Source: Deltaproteobacteria bacterium (GTDB lineage: Bacteria > Myxococcota_A > UBA796 > SXON01). Taken from it: a stretch of 64,000 bases of DNA. The notes under the pieces are model-generated. The model was not told the DNA's origin. It saw only the letters and a program-made list of their open reading frames with translations, and did not search any database. Every line of letters starts with the position of its first letter. Position 1 is the first letter of the stretch. Shown here piece by piece: positions 1-9,386 of the stretch. The translations under genes were made by a program, and so were the position numbers. The stretch covers positions 5,829 to 69,828 of the forward strand of contig CANKOI010000009.1 of the NCBI GenBank assembly GCA_947484175.1, given 5' to 3'.

Positions 1-1
1 G

Positions 2-1864
2 CAGGACAAGAAGTTGCGCTCACGGGTGCAGGCTCGCGCGGTGTTCGAGCGCCTCGGGCTCGCGCAACACGAGAACTACCGCGACCTCGAGACCCCCATC
101 GACGTGCTGCTGGAGCAGGTCGTGGTCGAGCGGGTGCCGAAGTCGCGGCTGGTGTGGGTGTACTGCAGGGGGCGTTCGGCCGAGCTCGCGCAACAGATCT
201 GTGCAGCGTGGGCGGAAGTTTTCGTGGAGCGCAACCTTCGCGAGATCAATCAGGGCGTGCAGGACGGGCTCACGTGGCTCGACAAGGAAGTGAAGAAGTC
301 GGAGGTCGACTGGCGAGACGCGGAAGCGGCACTCTTGGAGTTCCGCCGCAAGAACAACCAGATCGTGCTCAGCACCGAAGAGAAGGGGCACGTGGCGAGC
401 CAGCAGATCGAGCAGCTCTCGCTCGACAAGGGCAAGGCGGAGAGCGAACTGGCCACGCGGGAGGCCGACTTCGTGACGCTTTCGGCCACCCTCAGTTCGG
501 TGCGTGATCCGATCGGCGTAGCCACGCTGATCGGGGCTTCCTCGCTGGCGGAGTCGTACGAGGAGGCGGCGCGGGAGCTGGAGGCACTCGGCAATTCGCT
601 GGGGGAGCGGCACCCCAAAGTGCAGGAAGCGCAGGCGAAGCGAGCGCGGCTGGAGTCGCAGATCGCGGCGAAGGCGGAGGGAGAGCTCGGCCGACGGCGC
701 AGCCAGCGCGATCAGGCCCTCCGCGCCAAGGATGAGATCGAAGGCCGCATCGAGGCGATCACCGCCTCGGCGCTCGCCACGGATGGCCCCCAGGCTGACT
801 ACAGCCTGCTCCGTCGCAAAGTGCAGAAGGCGCAGGAGATCTACGACGCGCTCCTCTCGCGAAAGCTGGAGATGGCGGTGACCGCATCGTTGAAGGAGAA
901 CAACGTGCGGGTGATCGACCCTTCCGAGGCGCTCGAGCACCCCGTAGAGCCCAACTACGCACGCAACATCTCAATCTCGATCGCGATGGGGCTCCTCGTG
1001 GGCGTGTCGCTGGCGTTGTTCTTCGACTACATGGACACCACGATCAAGACCCGGGAGGAGGTCGAGGCGCTGGGCGTGGACTTCTTGGGCATCATCCCCA
1101 GCGTTCCAGGGCTGGCCGGAGAGGGCTGGGAGATCGCGCGAGAACGTTATCTATACAGCTTCAACTATCCGAAGTCGGCGTTTGCGGAGTTCGTGAGGAA
1201 CATTCGCACGACGGTGAACTTCAGCGCCCGCGCCGATGGAAAGCCACCACGACGGCTCCTGATCACGTCTGCGGGACCGCGCGAGGGCAAGACCACCTCG
1301 TCGATCAACCTCGGCATCAGCTTCGCCGCCACGGGGCGTCGCGTATGCCTCGTGGACGCCGATCTCCGGCGACCTTCGCTCCATCACGCCTTCGGCCTCG
1401 ACAACGAACAGGGCTTCACCACGCTGGTCACGGAGGCTTCCGATGTGGAGTCGGTCGTGCAGCCCACGCCCCAGGCGGGGCTCTTCATCCTCCCCTCCGG
1501 CCCGCGACCGCCCAACCCGGCGGAGATGCTCGGCTCCGAAGCCTGTCAACGCGCCTTGGACGCGCTGAACGAATGCTTCGACCTCGTGATCATCGACTCC
1601 CCCCCCGTGGTCGCCGTGACCGATGCGGTGGTGCTCTCCAGCCATGTTGACGGCGTGATCATGGTGATCAAGAGCTTCAAGGTGGCGAAGGACCTCGTGC
1701 TCCAAGCCAAGCGGCAGCTCACCGACGTAGACGCACGCCTCATCGGCGTGGTGCTCAACGACTTCGACATCCAGCGTAAGTCGTATGGCTATTATTACTA
1801 CTACACCTACTACGGCGCGGAGCGCGACGACGTGGCCAAGGTGAGGCGGCCGGGCGAACCATGA
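2..1864 (+). CDS. Polysaccharide co-polymerase / bacterial tyrosine autokinase (Wzc/GumC/EpsB-like), 5'-truncated at the window edge
   Basis: The frame is open from position 2. It has a coiled-coil periplasmic region and a TM segment (ISISIAMGLLVGVSLALFF). The C-terminal BY-kinase shows Walker A SAGPREGKTT, Walker A' LVDADLRRP and Walker B VIIDSPP, followed by the Tyr cluster YGYYYYYTYYG. Confidence 0.9.
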   Translation, partial: QDKKLRSRVQARAVFERLGLAQHENYRDLETPIDVLLEQVVVERVPKSRLVWVYCRGRSAELAQQICAAWAEVFVERNLREINQGVQDGLTWLDKEVKKSEVDWRDAEAALLEFRRKNNQIVLSTEEKGHVASQQIEQLSLDKGKAESELATREADFVTLSATLSSVRDPIGVATLIGASSLAESYEEAARELEALGNSLGERHPKVQEAQAKRARLESQIAAKAEGELGRRRSQRDQALRAKDEIEGRIEAITASALATDGPQADYSLLRRKVQKAQEIYDALLSRKLEMAVTASLKENNVRVIDPSEALEHPVEPNYARNISISIAMGLLVGVSLALFFDYMDTTIKTREEVEALGVDFLGIIPSVPGLAGEGWEIARERYLYSFNYPKSAFAEFVRNIRTTVNFSARADGKPPRRLLITSAGPREGKTTSSINLGISFAATGRRVCLVDADLRRPSLHHAFGLDNEQGFTTLVTEASDVESVVQPTPQAGLFILPSGPRPPNPAEMLGSEACQRALDALNECFDLVIIDSPPVVAVTDAVVLSSHVDGVIMVIKSFKVAKDLVLQAKRQLTDVDARLIGVVLNDFDIQRKSYGYYYYYTYYGAERDDVAKVRRPGEP

Positions 1865-4350
1865 GCCGCCCTGCCCACGGGTGGGCCGTTACCGCCATCG
1901 CGCTCGTCGCGGTGATGCTCGGGTCCGGGCTGGAGGGAGGCACCGAGCACCGGTTCGGCGCGATGGCGTTGCTGGTGGCCAGCCTCGCTGGAGTGGTGGC
2001 GCTGCAGGGCGGCGAGCTACCCAAGCTCGGGAAGTGGCCCCGCGCCGCCGTCATCGTGCTGGTGCTCGTTCTCATCGCCCAGACGGTACCGCTGCCCGCG
2101 GCCATCCGGGCGATCGTGGCGCCCGGCTCCACGGCGCGGCTGCACGAGCTTGCGGGCACCCTCGCGGTGTCGGGTACCGAGTGGCTCACCCAGCTGTCCC
2201 GACTGAACGTGGCGGTGCTGGTGGGTGAGTCTCCGCCGTACACGTTCGACCCTTTGCAAGGGGCCCACGACGGCTCTTTACGCTCCCTCGCGCTCAGCGC
2301 GGCTGGCCAGCAGTGGCAACTGGGCATGTGGGCGGCGTATGCGCTGCTCGTCGTGGCCGGCTGGCGAATCGCCCGCGACACGCCGACCCTTCGGGTGTTT
2401 CTGGTCGGCATCATCGCCATCGCCGTACTCGAAGCGCTTTTTGGCCTCGGCAATCGCAACGGGCCCTCTACCGGCATCGGCAAGAAGGTGGCCTACCTCG
2501 GCTCAGCCACCGGAACGTTCATCAACCGGGGCCACTTCGCCGCGTTTCTCACGTTGGCGATCGGCGCGTTGTGGGGGCTGGCCGCGTCGCTGTTTCCGCT
2601 GTTGCCCGAAGAGGTTCGGCGGCATCAGGCCCGGAAGCGTCGGTCCAGCCAGCCGCCCGGACTGTTGGAGGCGAGCGGCGACAAGGTGCCACGGCTGATC
2701 CTGCTCACGTTCACCGCCGCGCTCCTGTTCGTGGCGGTCGTGGCGAGCAACTCCCGCGGCCCGCTGGTGGCGCTGGTGCTCGCGGGGTTGGGAGTGGGCG
2801 GGTGGGCGTGGTGGCGACGGGAAGAGCGGGTGCACATCGGGTTCGGGGTGGGCGTGCCGGCCGCGGGCCTGCTGCTCGCGGTGTTCGCGCTCGGGCCGCG
2901 CGGCGCATTGGGCCGATTCGGTACGTTGGGCACCGACGACGTGAGCCTCACCTCGCGGATCGCACTGTGGCGGGCGGCGGGCGCCGCCCTGATGGACTCC
3001 CCGATCGTGGGCACAGGCCCCGGCTCCTGGGCCGCGGCCTTCGGCCCGCAGGAACGAGGAGCGCACCTCTATGAGGTGGCCCACGCGCACAGCGAGCCGC
3101 TCGAAATGTTGCTGGAGCTCGGGGTCGTGGGGTTCGCCGCGTTGGCGGTGCTGACCTACGCGTTTCTGCGAGGCGTTGCCCGCCGCATCGACGTGGTGGA
3201 CCACGACCTGCAAACGGCCGTGGGCTTTGGTGCGCTCGTAGCGGTGCTCGCGGTGGGAATCCAGTCGTTCACCGACTTCCCCTTTCGCACTCCGGGCGTC
3301 GGGATCCCCTTTTTCCTCTTCGTCGGCGTGGTGCTGGCCAGTTTCGACGTGGCGCCCCCGACCGGCACTCGCTGGCCCGGACTCTTGATCGCCGCGCTGG
3401 CCGGGCTCCTGCTCATCCCCGCCGGCTTCGCCGACCACCAGCGCGGCGGGCCGAAGCACCTCCGTCGCTCCGAGGCCGCAGCCGCGGTCCTCCTCCCCCG
3501 CCCGACCTCCGCGGCGGAGGCCGTCTCGCTCGCGGATACGACGTGTGGTGAGGCCGACGACGAGCCCTTCGATGCGTGGCAACAGCTAGCGTGCGGGATC
3601 GCAGCCTCTCGAGTCGCCGCCAACTCCGGCTCGGCCGAGATGGCCCTGCGCGCGGAAGTCGCCACCCTTCGGGCCCTCCGGCTGCACCCGAACGACCCCC
3701 GCCTGCACATTCAGGTTGCGCAGGTCTGGATTCGCCTCGGGCCCCCCACCCTGCTGAAGTACGCCTACGACGAACGCGCCACCCGCCTGCTCATGGACTG
3801 CATCCGCCTCGACGGCTGGCGCGCCGAAGACGCATTCAAGCTCGCCCGCGGGCTCCCGTCCGATGCCGTAGACCGTCTCGGCGGGGCGGCGAGCGACCAG
3901 CCCATTTCGCGCTCACGCACGCTGTACCAGTACGGCGTGGTACTCGACGAACGCGGGCGCGACGACGACGCGGCGGCGGTGCTGGAGCAGGCAGCGGCTG
4001 CCGATCCGCAGTACGGACCCCCGGCCTTCCGCGCCGGGTTGGTGGCCCGCCAGCGGGGCGACACCGCCTCGGCGCAGCGCTGGTTTCAGGCCTTCATCGC
4101 CGCGCGCGATCGCCCCACCGCCATGGAAGGGTGGTCGCTCCTGTACCTCGACGAGCCCGCCGCGGCCGAGGTGCGTTTCCGCCGTGCGATCGCGGAGAAC
4201 GACAAGAACCGCTGGGCGTGGGAAGGAGTAGCGGCCGTCGCCGCGGTGAAGGCCGACCGTGCCGACGAATGCACCGCTTGGCGGCGGGTGCTGCATCTCA
4301 CCCCCAAGCACCCGCAGGCGATCGCTCGCTCGACCGAGCTAGGTTGCTGA
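1861..4350 (+). CDS. O-antigen ligase/polymerase-like (Wzy_C-type) polytopic membrane protein with a C-terminal TPR-like soluble domain
   Basis: ATGA start/stop overlap with the upstream kinase gene. There are many TM segments. Motifs typical of the O-antigen ligase family are present (SNSRGPLVALVLAG, HAHSEPLEMLLELGVVGF). The last ~270 aa are Ala/Arg-rich helical repeats resembling TPR. Confidence 0.8.
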   Translation: MSRPAHGWAVTAIALVAVMLGSGLEGGTEHRFGAMALLVASLAGVVALQGGELPKLGKWPRAAVIVLVLVLIAQTVPLPAAIRAIVAPGSTARLHELAGTLAVSGTEWLTQLSRLNVAVLVGESPPYTFDPLQGAHDGSLRSLALSAAGQQWQLGMWAAYALLVVAGWRIARDTPTLRVFLVGIIAIAVLEALFGLGNRNGPSTGIGKKVAYLGSATGTFINRGHFAAFLTLAIGALWGLAASLFPLLPEEVRRHQARKRRSSQPPGLLEASGDKVPRLILLTFTAALLFVAVVASNSRGPLVALVLAGLGVGGWAWWRREERVHIGFGVGVPAAGLLLAVFALGPRGALGRFGTLGTDDVSLTSRIALWRAAGAALMDSPIVGTGPGSWAAAFGPQERGAHLYEVAHAHSEPLEMLLELGVVGFAALAVLTYAFLRGVARRIDVVDHDLQTAVGFGALVAVLAVGIQSFTDFPFRTPGVGIPFFLFVGVVLASFDVAPPTGTRWPGLLIAALAGLLLIPAGFADHQRGGPKHLRRSEAAAAVLLPRPTSAAEAVSLADTTCGEADDEPFDAWQQLACGIAASRVAANSGSAEMALRAEVATLRALRLHPNDPRLHIQVAQVWIRLGPPTLLKYAYDERATRLLMDCIRLDGWRAEDAFKLARGLPSDAVDRLGGAASDQPISRSRTLYQYGVVLDERGRDDDAAAVLEQAAAADPQYGPPAFRAGLVARQRGDTASAQRWFQAFIAARDRPTAMEGWSLLYLDEPAAAEVRFRRAIAENDKNRWAWEGVAAVAAVKADRADECTAWRRVLHLTPKHPQAIARSTELGC

Positions 4351-4351
4351 G

Positions 4352-5716
4352 ATGCTCCTGAACTGCCTCACGCCGCTGGTTCTGCAGTCCCTCGGCCAGC
4401 CGGGCTTGCCCCCCGAGGACACCCGGTTCCTCCACGCGCCCGCGGGGATCGGCGTGAAGCCCGCCGTTCCCGGGCCGCCCGACACGAAGGGATGGTACGG
4501 CACGCCCTACGCCAACAGCGTGGTGACCGAGAACTTTGGCGTCACCTGGGAAGACGGGCAAGCCACCAGCGAGCAGGCGGAGCGGGCCGCAGCCGCCTTG
4601 GAGGCCGCTTGGGCCGAGCTGGTCGAGGCCGAGGGCTGGACGCCGCCTGTCTCCTCCGACACCTTTCTACTCTGGGTGCTGCTCGTCGATGACATCGGCG
4701 CCACCGGGTACACGACCGAGTACTCAACCCCGGAGTACCCCGACGGGTACCCCGTGATCTACCTGAACTCCACGACGGCCCGCGACGAGGGATTTTGGAC
4801 GACACTCGCCTCCCACGAGTTCCATCACGCTATCCAGTACGCCTACCGCGACTACGGCAACGGCAGGGACACCGAGTCCTGGTACTGGGAGGCGTCGGCC
4901 ACCTGGGCGTCCAACCTCGTCGAGCCCGACACCACCACCCTCGACTACCTCGCGGCCTCGTATTCGCGGGGGAGCGATGAGGCGTACACGAACACCGATG
5001 GATCCCACCAGTACGGGATGTACGTGTTCAACGCGTGGCTCGACACCGGCGTAGTGGGCGCGGGCGCGATGCAGAACACGTGGGAGGAGGGAGTGCTGCG
5101 AACCGGGGAACCGTGGCGCGACATCCTCGAGGGAGCCACGGGGCTGCAGGCGGGGTACCTCTTCAGCGAGTTCGCCGCAGCGTACGGCAACGACAGCTAC
5201 TGGCGAACCGACACCTGGTCCGACCCCTCCAAGGTTCGCCTCTCCGACGGTCGCACGGCAACGGGCGAGGCCGGCGAGCTGGGGGCCGTCTACTACGTGG
5301 CGCTCAGCGAGCTGGACGTGGAAGTGGTGCCGATCGGAGTCGGCGAGCTGCTCGTGACGTACCCCTCCGCCGTCGAGGTGGCAGCGGGCCGCTGGCGAGT
5401 GCCGGCCGGCGCCACAGTGGCGGTGACGGCTACCGAAGCGGGGGGGGCCTCGTGGACGATCACGGCGAGCGCCGCCGACCTGCCGACGGACACCGGCGAC
5501 ACCAGCGACACCAGCGACACCAGCGACACCAGCGAGAGCGAGGACACGGCGGCCAGCGACAAAGGCCCCCCCCGCAAGGCGGAGGGCCCCCCCCCCGACT
5601 GCGGCTGCGCGGGGAGCGCGGGAAGCCCCGCGGCGGCCGCCCCCCTCCTCGTCGCCGTCGCCCTCCGCAGGCGCCGCCGCGCCGATCCTCGGGCCCCGAG
5701 CGCCCTCATGCGTTAG
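4352..5716 (+). CDS. Secreted HExxH putative zinc metalloprotease with D/T/S-rich linker and MYXO-CTERM-like tail
   Basis: HEFHH motif ([14 protein letters not shown]). The C-terminus reads [19 protein letters not shown]...[31 protein letters not shown], i.e. a Cys motif, a hydrophobic helix and an Arg cluster. The N-terminal signal peptide is weak, so the start is uncertain. Confidence 0.7.
   Translation: MLLNCLTPLVLQSLGQPGLPPEDTRFLHAPAGIGVKPAVPGPPDTKGWYGTPYANSVVTENFGVTWEDGQATSEQAERAAAALEAAWAELVEAEGWTPPVSSDTFLLWVLLVDDIGATGYTTEYSTPEYPDGYPVIYLNSTTARDEGFWTTLASHEFHHAIQYAYRDYGNGRDTESWYWEASATWASNLVEPDTTTLDYLAASYSRGSDEAYTNTDGSHQYGMYVFNAWLDTGVVGAGAMQNTWEEGVLRTGEPWRDILEGATGLQAGYLFSEFAAAYGNDSYWRTDTWSDPSKVRLSDGRTATGEAGELGAVYYVALSELDVEVVPIGVGELLVTYPSAVEVAAGRWRVPAGATVAVTATEAGGASWTITASAADLPTDTGDTSDTSDTSDTSESEDTAASDKGPPRKAEGPPPDCGCAGSAGSPAAAAPLLVAVALRRRRRADPRAPSALMR
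5489..5533 (+). repeat. 9-bp tandem repeat, GACACCGGC followed by four copies of GACACCAGC, encoding DTG(DTS)4
   Basis: Read directly from the sequence. The repeat is in frame inside the linker of the HExxH protein. Confidence 0.9.
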
Positions 5717-5727
5717 CGGCGCCCCCC

Positions 5728-7521
5728 ATGCCCGCCCCTCTGGACACGATCCGCAACTTCGCGATCATCGCCCACATCGACCACGGCAAGTCCACGCTCG
5801 CCGACCGGCTGCTCCAGAGCACCGGCACCGTGGCCGCCCGAGACATGCGCAAGCAGTACCTCGACAAGATGGACATCGAACGGGAGCGCGGCATCACCAT
5901 CAAGGCGCAGACGGCCGCGATGCAGTGGAAAGGCCACACCCTCAACCTCATCGACACCCCAGGACACGTGGACTTCGGCTACGAAGTGAGCCGTGCGCTC
6001 GCCGCGTGCGAGGGCGTGCTCCTCGTCGTGGATGCCGCGCAGGGTGTAGAGGCCCAAACGCTCGCCAACGTCTACCTTGCGCTCGAAAACGACCTTGAAA
6101 TCTTGCCCGTCATCAACAAGATCGACCTGCCCGGCGCCGACGCGCTGCGAGTGATGCAGCAGCTCGAGGAGAACGTCGGGCTCGACACCACCCATGTCCA
6201 GATGGTTTCGGCGAAGAGCGGCGAGGGCATCGACGCACTGCTCGACATGATCGTGGAGCGCATCCCCCCTCCGAGCGGCAATCGCGAAAGCCATCTGCAG
6301 GCGCTGATCTTCGACGCGTGGTTCGACTCCTACGTGGGCGTAGTGGTGTTGGTGCGCGTGAAGAACGGATTCCTCAAGCGCGGCGAGAAAATCCGGTTCA
6401 TGGCGACGGGCGGCACCTACGAGGTGCTCAAGCTCGGGGTGTTTGCGCCGGAGGCGGTAGAGCGCCAGGAGCTCGGCGCGGGCGAGGTGGGGTACGTGGT
6501 GGCCAGCGTGAAGACGTTGGCCGACGCCAAGGTAGGCGCCACCATCACCCACGAAAAAAGCATGGCACCAAGCCCACTTGCCGGCTTCAAAGAGGTGAAG
6601 CCGATGGTGTACTCCGGGATCTTCCCCACGGAGAGTGAGCACTACGGCGACCTGCGCGAGGCTCTGGAGAAGTTGCAGCTCAACGACTGCAGCATCACCT
6701 GGGAGCCCGAAACGTCCGATGCGCTCGGGTTCGGCTTCCGCTGTGGCTTTCTGGGCCTCCTACACATGGAGGTCATCCACGACCGCCTGGAGCGGGAGTA
6801 CAACCTCGACCTCATCACCACGGCCCCTTCTGTCGTGTACGAGGTGCGCAAAACGGACGGCACGCGGATCATCATTCAGTCGCCTTCGAGGTTGCCGCCG
6901 CTCGGCGCCATCGAAGCGATCGAGGAGCCCATCGCGAAGGTCACGCTCCACACACCCGAGGCCTTTCTCGGAAACCTGTTCAAACTCTGCGAGGACCGGC
7001 GTGGCAAGCAGGTGGGCTTCGCCTACGCAGGCCCCGGCCGGGTGATTCTCACCTACGAAATCCCGTATGCAGAAGTGGTTTTCGACTTCTTCGACCGGCT
7101 GAAGAGCGTGAGCCAGGGCTACGCCTCGATGGACTATGAGATCGTCCGCTGGGAGGCCGCCGATCTGGTGAAGCTCGACATCCTCGTGAACGCGGAGCCC
7201 GTCGACGCCCTCTCCAACATCTGCCACCGCGACGCGAGCTACCACAAGGGTCAGGCCTTGGCGACGAAGCTCAAAGAGCTCATCCCCCGGCAGATGTTCG
7301 ACGTGGCCATCCAGGCCGCAGTGGGCAGCAAGGTGATCGCCCGAACCACCGTGAAGGCGATGCGGAAGGACGTGACCGCCAAGTGCTACGGCGGGGACAT
7401 CAGCCGAAAACGCAAACTGCTCGACAAGCAGAAGGAAGGAAAAAAGCGGATGAAGTCGGTCGGGAGCGTGGAGGTACCCCAAGAAGCCTTCCTCGCAGTC
7501 TTGCGGCTCGACGAGTCGTGA
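5728..7521 (+). CDS. lepA: Elongation factor 4 (LepA)
   Basis: [29 protein letters not shown]..., DTPGHVDF and NKIDL GTPase motifs, full LepA length. The ORF-track start at 5035 is a spurious upstream extension that overlaps the previous gene. I chose the ATG at 5728, which is in frame. Confidence 0.97.
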   Translation: MPAPLDTIRNFAIIAHIDHGKSTLADRLLQSTGTVAARDMRKQYLDKMDIERERGITIKAQTAAMQWKGHTLNLIDTPGHVDFGYEVSRALAACEGVLLVVDAAQGVEAQTLANVYLALENDLEILPVINKIDLPGADALRVMQQLEENVGLDTTHVQMVSAKSGEGIDALLDMIVERIPPPSGNRESHLQALIFDAWFDSYVGVVVLVRVKNGFLKRGEKIRFMATGGTYEVLKLGVFAPEAVERQELGAGEVGYVVASVKTLADAKVGATITHEKSMAPSPLAGFKEVKPMVYSGIFPTESEHYGDLREALEKLQLNDCSITWEPETSDALGFGFRCGFLGLLHMEVIHDRLEREYNLDLITTAPSVVYEVRKTDGTRIIIQSPSRLPPLGAIEAIEEPIAKVTLHTPEAFLGNLFKLCEDRRGKQVGFAYAGPGRVILTYEIPYAEVVFDFFDRLKSVSQGYASMDYEIVRWEAADLVKLDILVNAEPVDALSNICHRDASYHKGQALATKLKELIPRQMFDVAIQAAVGSKVIARTTVKAMRKDVTAKCYGGDISRKRKLLDKQKEGKKRMKSVGSVEVPQEAFLAVLRLDES

Positions 7522-7548
7522 GCGGAACCGGGGTGGTATGATTCCGCA

Positions 7549-7908
7549 ATGCAGAAGTTCCTCACCCTCCTCCTCCTGACTGGCGGCCTCGTCGGGGGAG
7601 GCTGGTTGGTCTACTTCGGGCCTTACTACATAGACTCCTACGCGATGCAGGAGGTCACGGAGACGGTGGCGCTCACCTCGGCGGCGTTCGGAGTGAAACG
7701 AGGCAGTCAGGAGCTCGACGATCAGCTGATACGGCGGGAGATCGACTACATCACACCGGAACACTGCGACATCGCCGAGCGCGCAGGCACCTTCCACTGT
7801 GACTGCTCATGGCAGGTAGACGTGTATCCCCCACTGGTGGGCGGGCGCCGGCTGTCGCTTTCGGCCACCGCCGAGGCCACCCGCGACCAACGATTGGTGA
7901 AGGACTGA
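7549..7908 (+). CDS. Hypothetical small membrane-anchored protein
   Basis: N-terminal TM/signal-like segment FLTLLLLTGGLVGGGWLVYFG. Its stop overlaps the pyrR start (TGATG). I recognise no family. Confidence 0.55.
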   Translation: MQKFLTLLLLTGGLVGGGWLVYFGPYYIDSYAMQEVTETVALTSAAFGVKRGSQELDDQLIRREIDYITPEHCDIAERAGTFHCDCSWQVDVYPPLVGGRRLSLSATAEATRDQRLVKD

Positions 7909-8441
7909 TGCGTGTTCTGGCCGACTCTGACGCGGTGGAGTCCGCGGTAGCCCGCTTGGCCGAAGAGCTCATCGGTGCGGTGGGCCACACGGACCGTTGG
8001 GCCCTGGTGGGAATTCGGGACGGCGGCAGCCCGCTGGCCGACGCACTCGCCGCGCGCCTACTCGGGCGCACCCGATCCCCGCCCCGGCGCGGCGACGTGG
8101 ACATCACCCTCTACCGCGACGACCTGTACACCGGTCTTGAAAAGCCGGTACTGGGCGAGACCGACCTTCCCTTTGAGGTGGCCGGCTGCGGCATCGTGCT
8201 GGTCGACGACGTGCTGTTCACCGGGCGGACAGTTCGGGCCGCCATGGACGAGCTCGTCGACTATGGGCGCCCGTCGTTCATCCGCCTCTGCGTGCTGGTG
8301 GACAGGGGCCACCGAGAGTTGCCGATCGCTCCCGACTTCTGCGGGCTCACCGTCGAAACCCGCCTTCAGGATCGGGTGCGGGTGGACTGGGTGCTGCGCG
8401 AGGTGCGGGTGGAGTCCGCCAGCCAAGCCGCAACGGGTTAG
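7908..8441 (+). CDS. pyrR: Bifunctional pyrimidine operon regulator / uracil phosphoribosyltransferase PyrR
   Basis: PRTase motif VLVDDVLFTGRTVRAAMDEL and PyrR-like length. The start was re-assigned to the in-frame ATG at 7908 (MRVLADSDAV...). Confidence 0.9.
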   Translation: MRVLADSDAVESAVARLAEELIGAVGHTDRWALVGIRDGGSPLADALAARLLGRTRSPPRRGDVDITLYRDDLYTGLEKPVLGETDLPFEVAGCGIVLVDDVLFTGRTVRAAMDELVDYGRPSFIRLCVLVDRGHRELPIAPDFCGLTVETRLQDRVRVDWVLREVRVESASQAATG

Positions 8442-8450
8442 CCGGCTAAG

Positions 8451-9386
8451 GTGAACGGGAAGGACCTCCTCGGCCTCCGCGGGATGTCCCGCCAGGACAT
8501 CGAGCACATCCTGTCTACGGCCACAGCGATGCGCGAGGTGGGCCGCCGCCGCATCAAGAAGGTGCCGACGCTGCGCGGGCGGCTGGTGGTGACCCTCTTC
8601 TTCGAGAACAGCACCCGCACCCGCACCAGCTTCGAGCTGGCTGCGAAGCGATTGAGCGCCGACACGCTGAGCTTCTCGGTGAACAGTTCGAGCACGACCA
8701 AGGGCGAGTCGTTGATGGACACGGCGCGCAACATCCATGCGATGTCGCCCGACGCGATCGTGATCCGGCACGGGTGCACCGGCGCCCCGCATCTGCTCGC
8801 GCGCAGCTTCCCGTTCAGCGTGATCAACGCGGGCGACGGCATCAACGAGCACCCCTCTCAGGCGCTCCTGGACATGTTGACGATGAAGGACCACTGGGGC
8901 TCCCTGGAAGGGCGCACGGTGGCGATCGTCGGGGACGTTCAACACAGCCGGGTGGCGCGCTCCAACATCCACGGGCTGAGCACCATGGGGGCGCGCGTGC
9001 TCGTGGCTGGTCCGGGAACCATGTGCCGGAGGGAGCTGGCCGGTCTTCCCGTGGAACGCCGCCACTGCCTCGACGACGTCGTGCAGGAGTCGGACGCGAT
9101 CATGATGCTCCGCATCCAGCGCGAACGCCTCGGAGCGGCCGTGCTGCCCTCCGCGCGCGAGTACGCCACGTTCTACGGTCTGGACCTGGCGCGGCTCCAG
9201 CGCGCCCGGCCGGATGTGCTGGTCATGCACCCCGGGCCCATCAACCGAGGCGTCGAAATCGGGGCCGACGTGGCGGATGGCGAACGCAGCGTGATTCTGG
9301 ATCAGGTGACGAACGGAATCGCGGTGCGGATGGCCGTGCTGTTCCTGGCGCTGGGCGGGCAGGAGGTGGCCGATGATGCAGGCTGA
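8451..9386 (+). CDS. pyrB: Aspartate carbamoyltransferase catalytic subunit
   Basis: FFENSTRTRTSFELAAKRL, HPSQALLD and HPGPINRG motifs. GTG start. Confidence 0.95.
   Translation: MNGKDLLGLRGMSRQDIEHILSTATAMREVGRRRIKKVPTLRGRLVVTLFFENSTRTRTSFELAAKRLSADTLSFSVNSSSTTKGESLMDTARNIHAMSPDAIVIRHGCTGAPHLLARSFPFSVINAGDGINEHPSQALLDMLTMKDHWGSLEGRTVAIVGDVQHSRVARSNIHGLSTMGARVLVAGPGTMCRRELAGLPVERRHCLDDVVQESDAIMMLRIQRERLGAAVLPSAREYATFYGLDLARLQRARPDVLVMHPGPINRGVEIGADVADGERSVILDQVTNGIAVRMAVLFLALGGQEVADDAG

Noticed and set aside
5035-5727. A 231-aa N-terminal extension of the lepA ORF, Arg/Gly-rich.
   Set aside because: It overlaps the 3' half of the HExxH protein gene in another frame. LepA homology begins exactly at the ATG at 5728.
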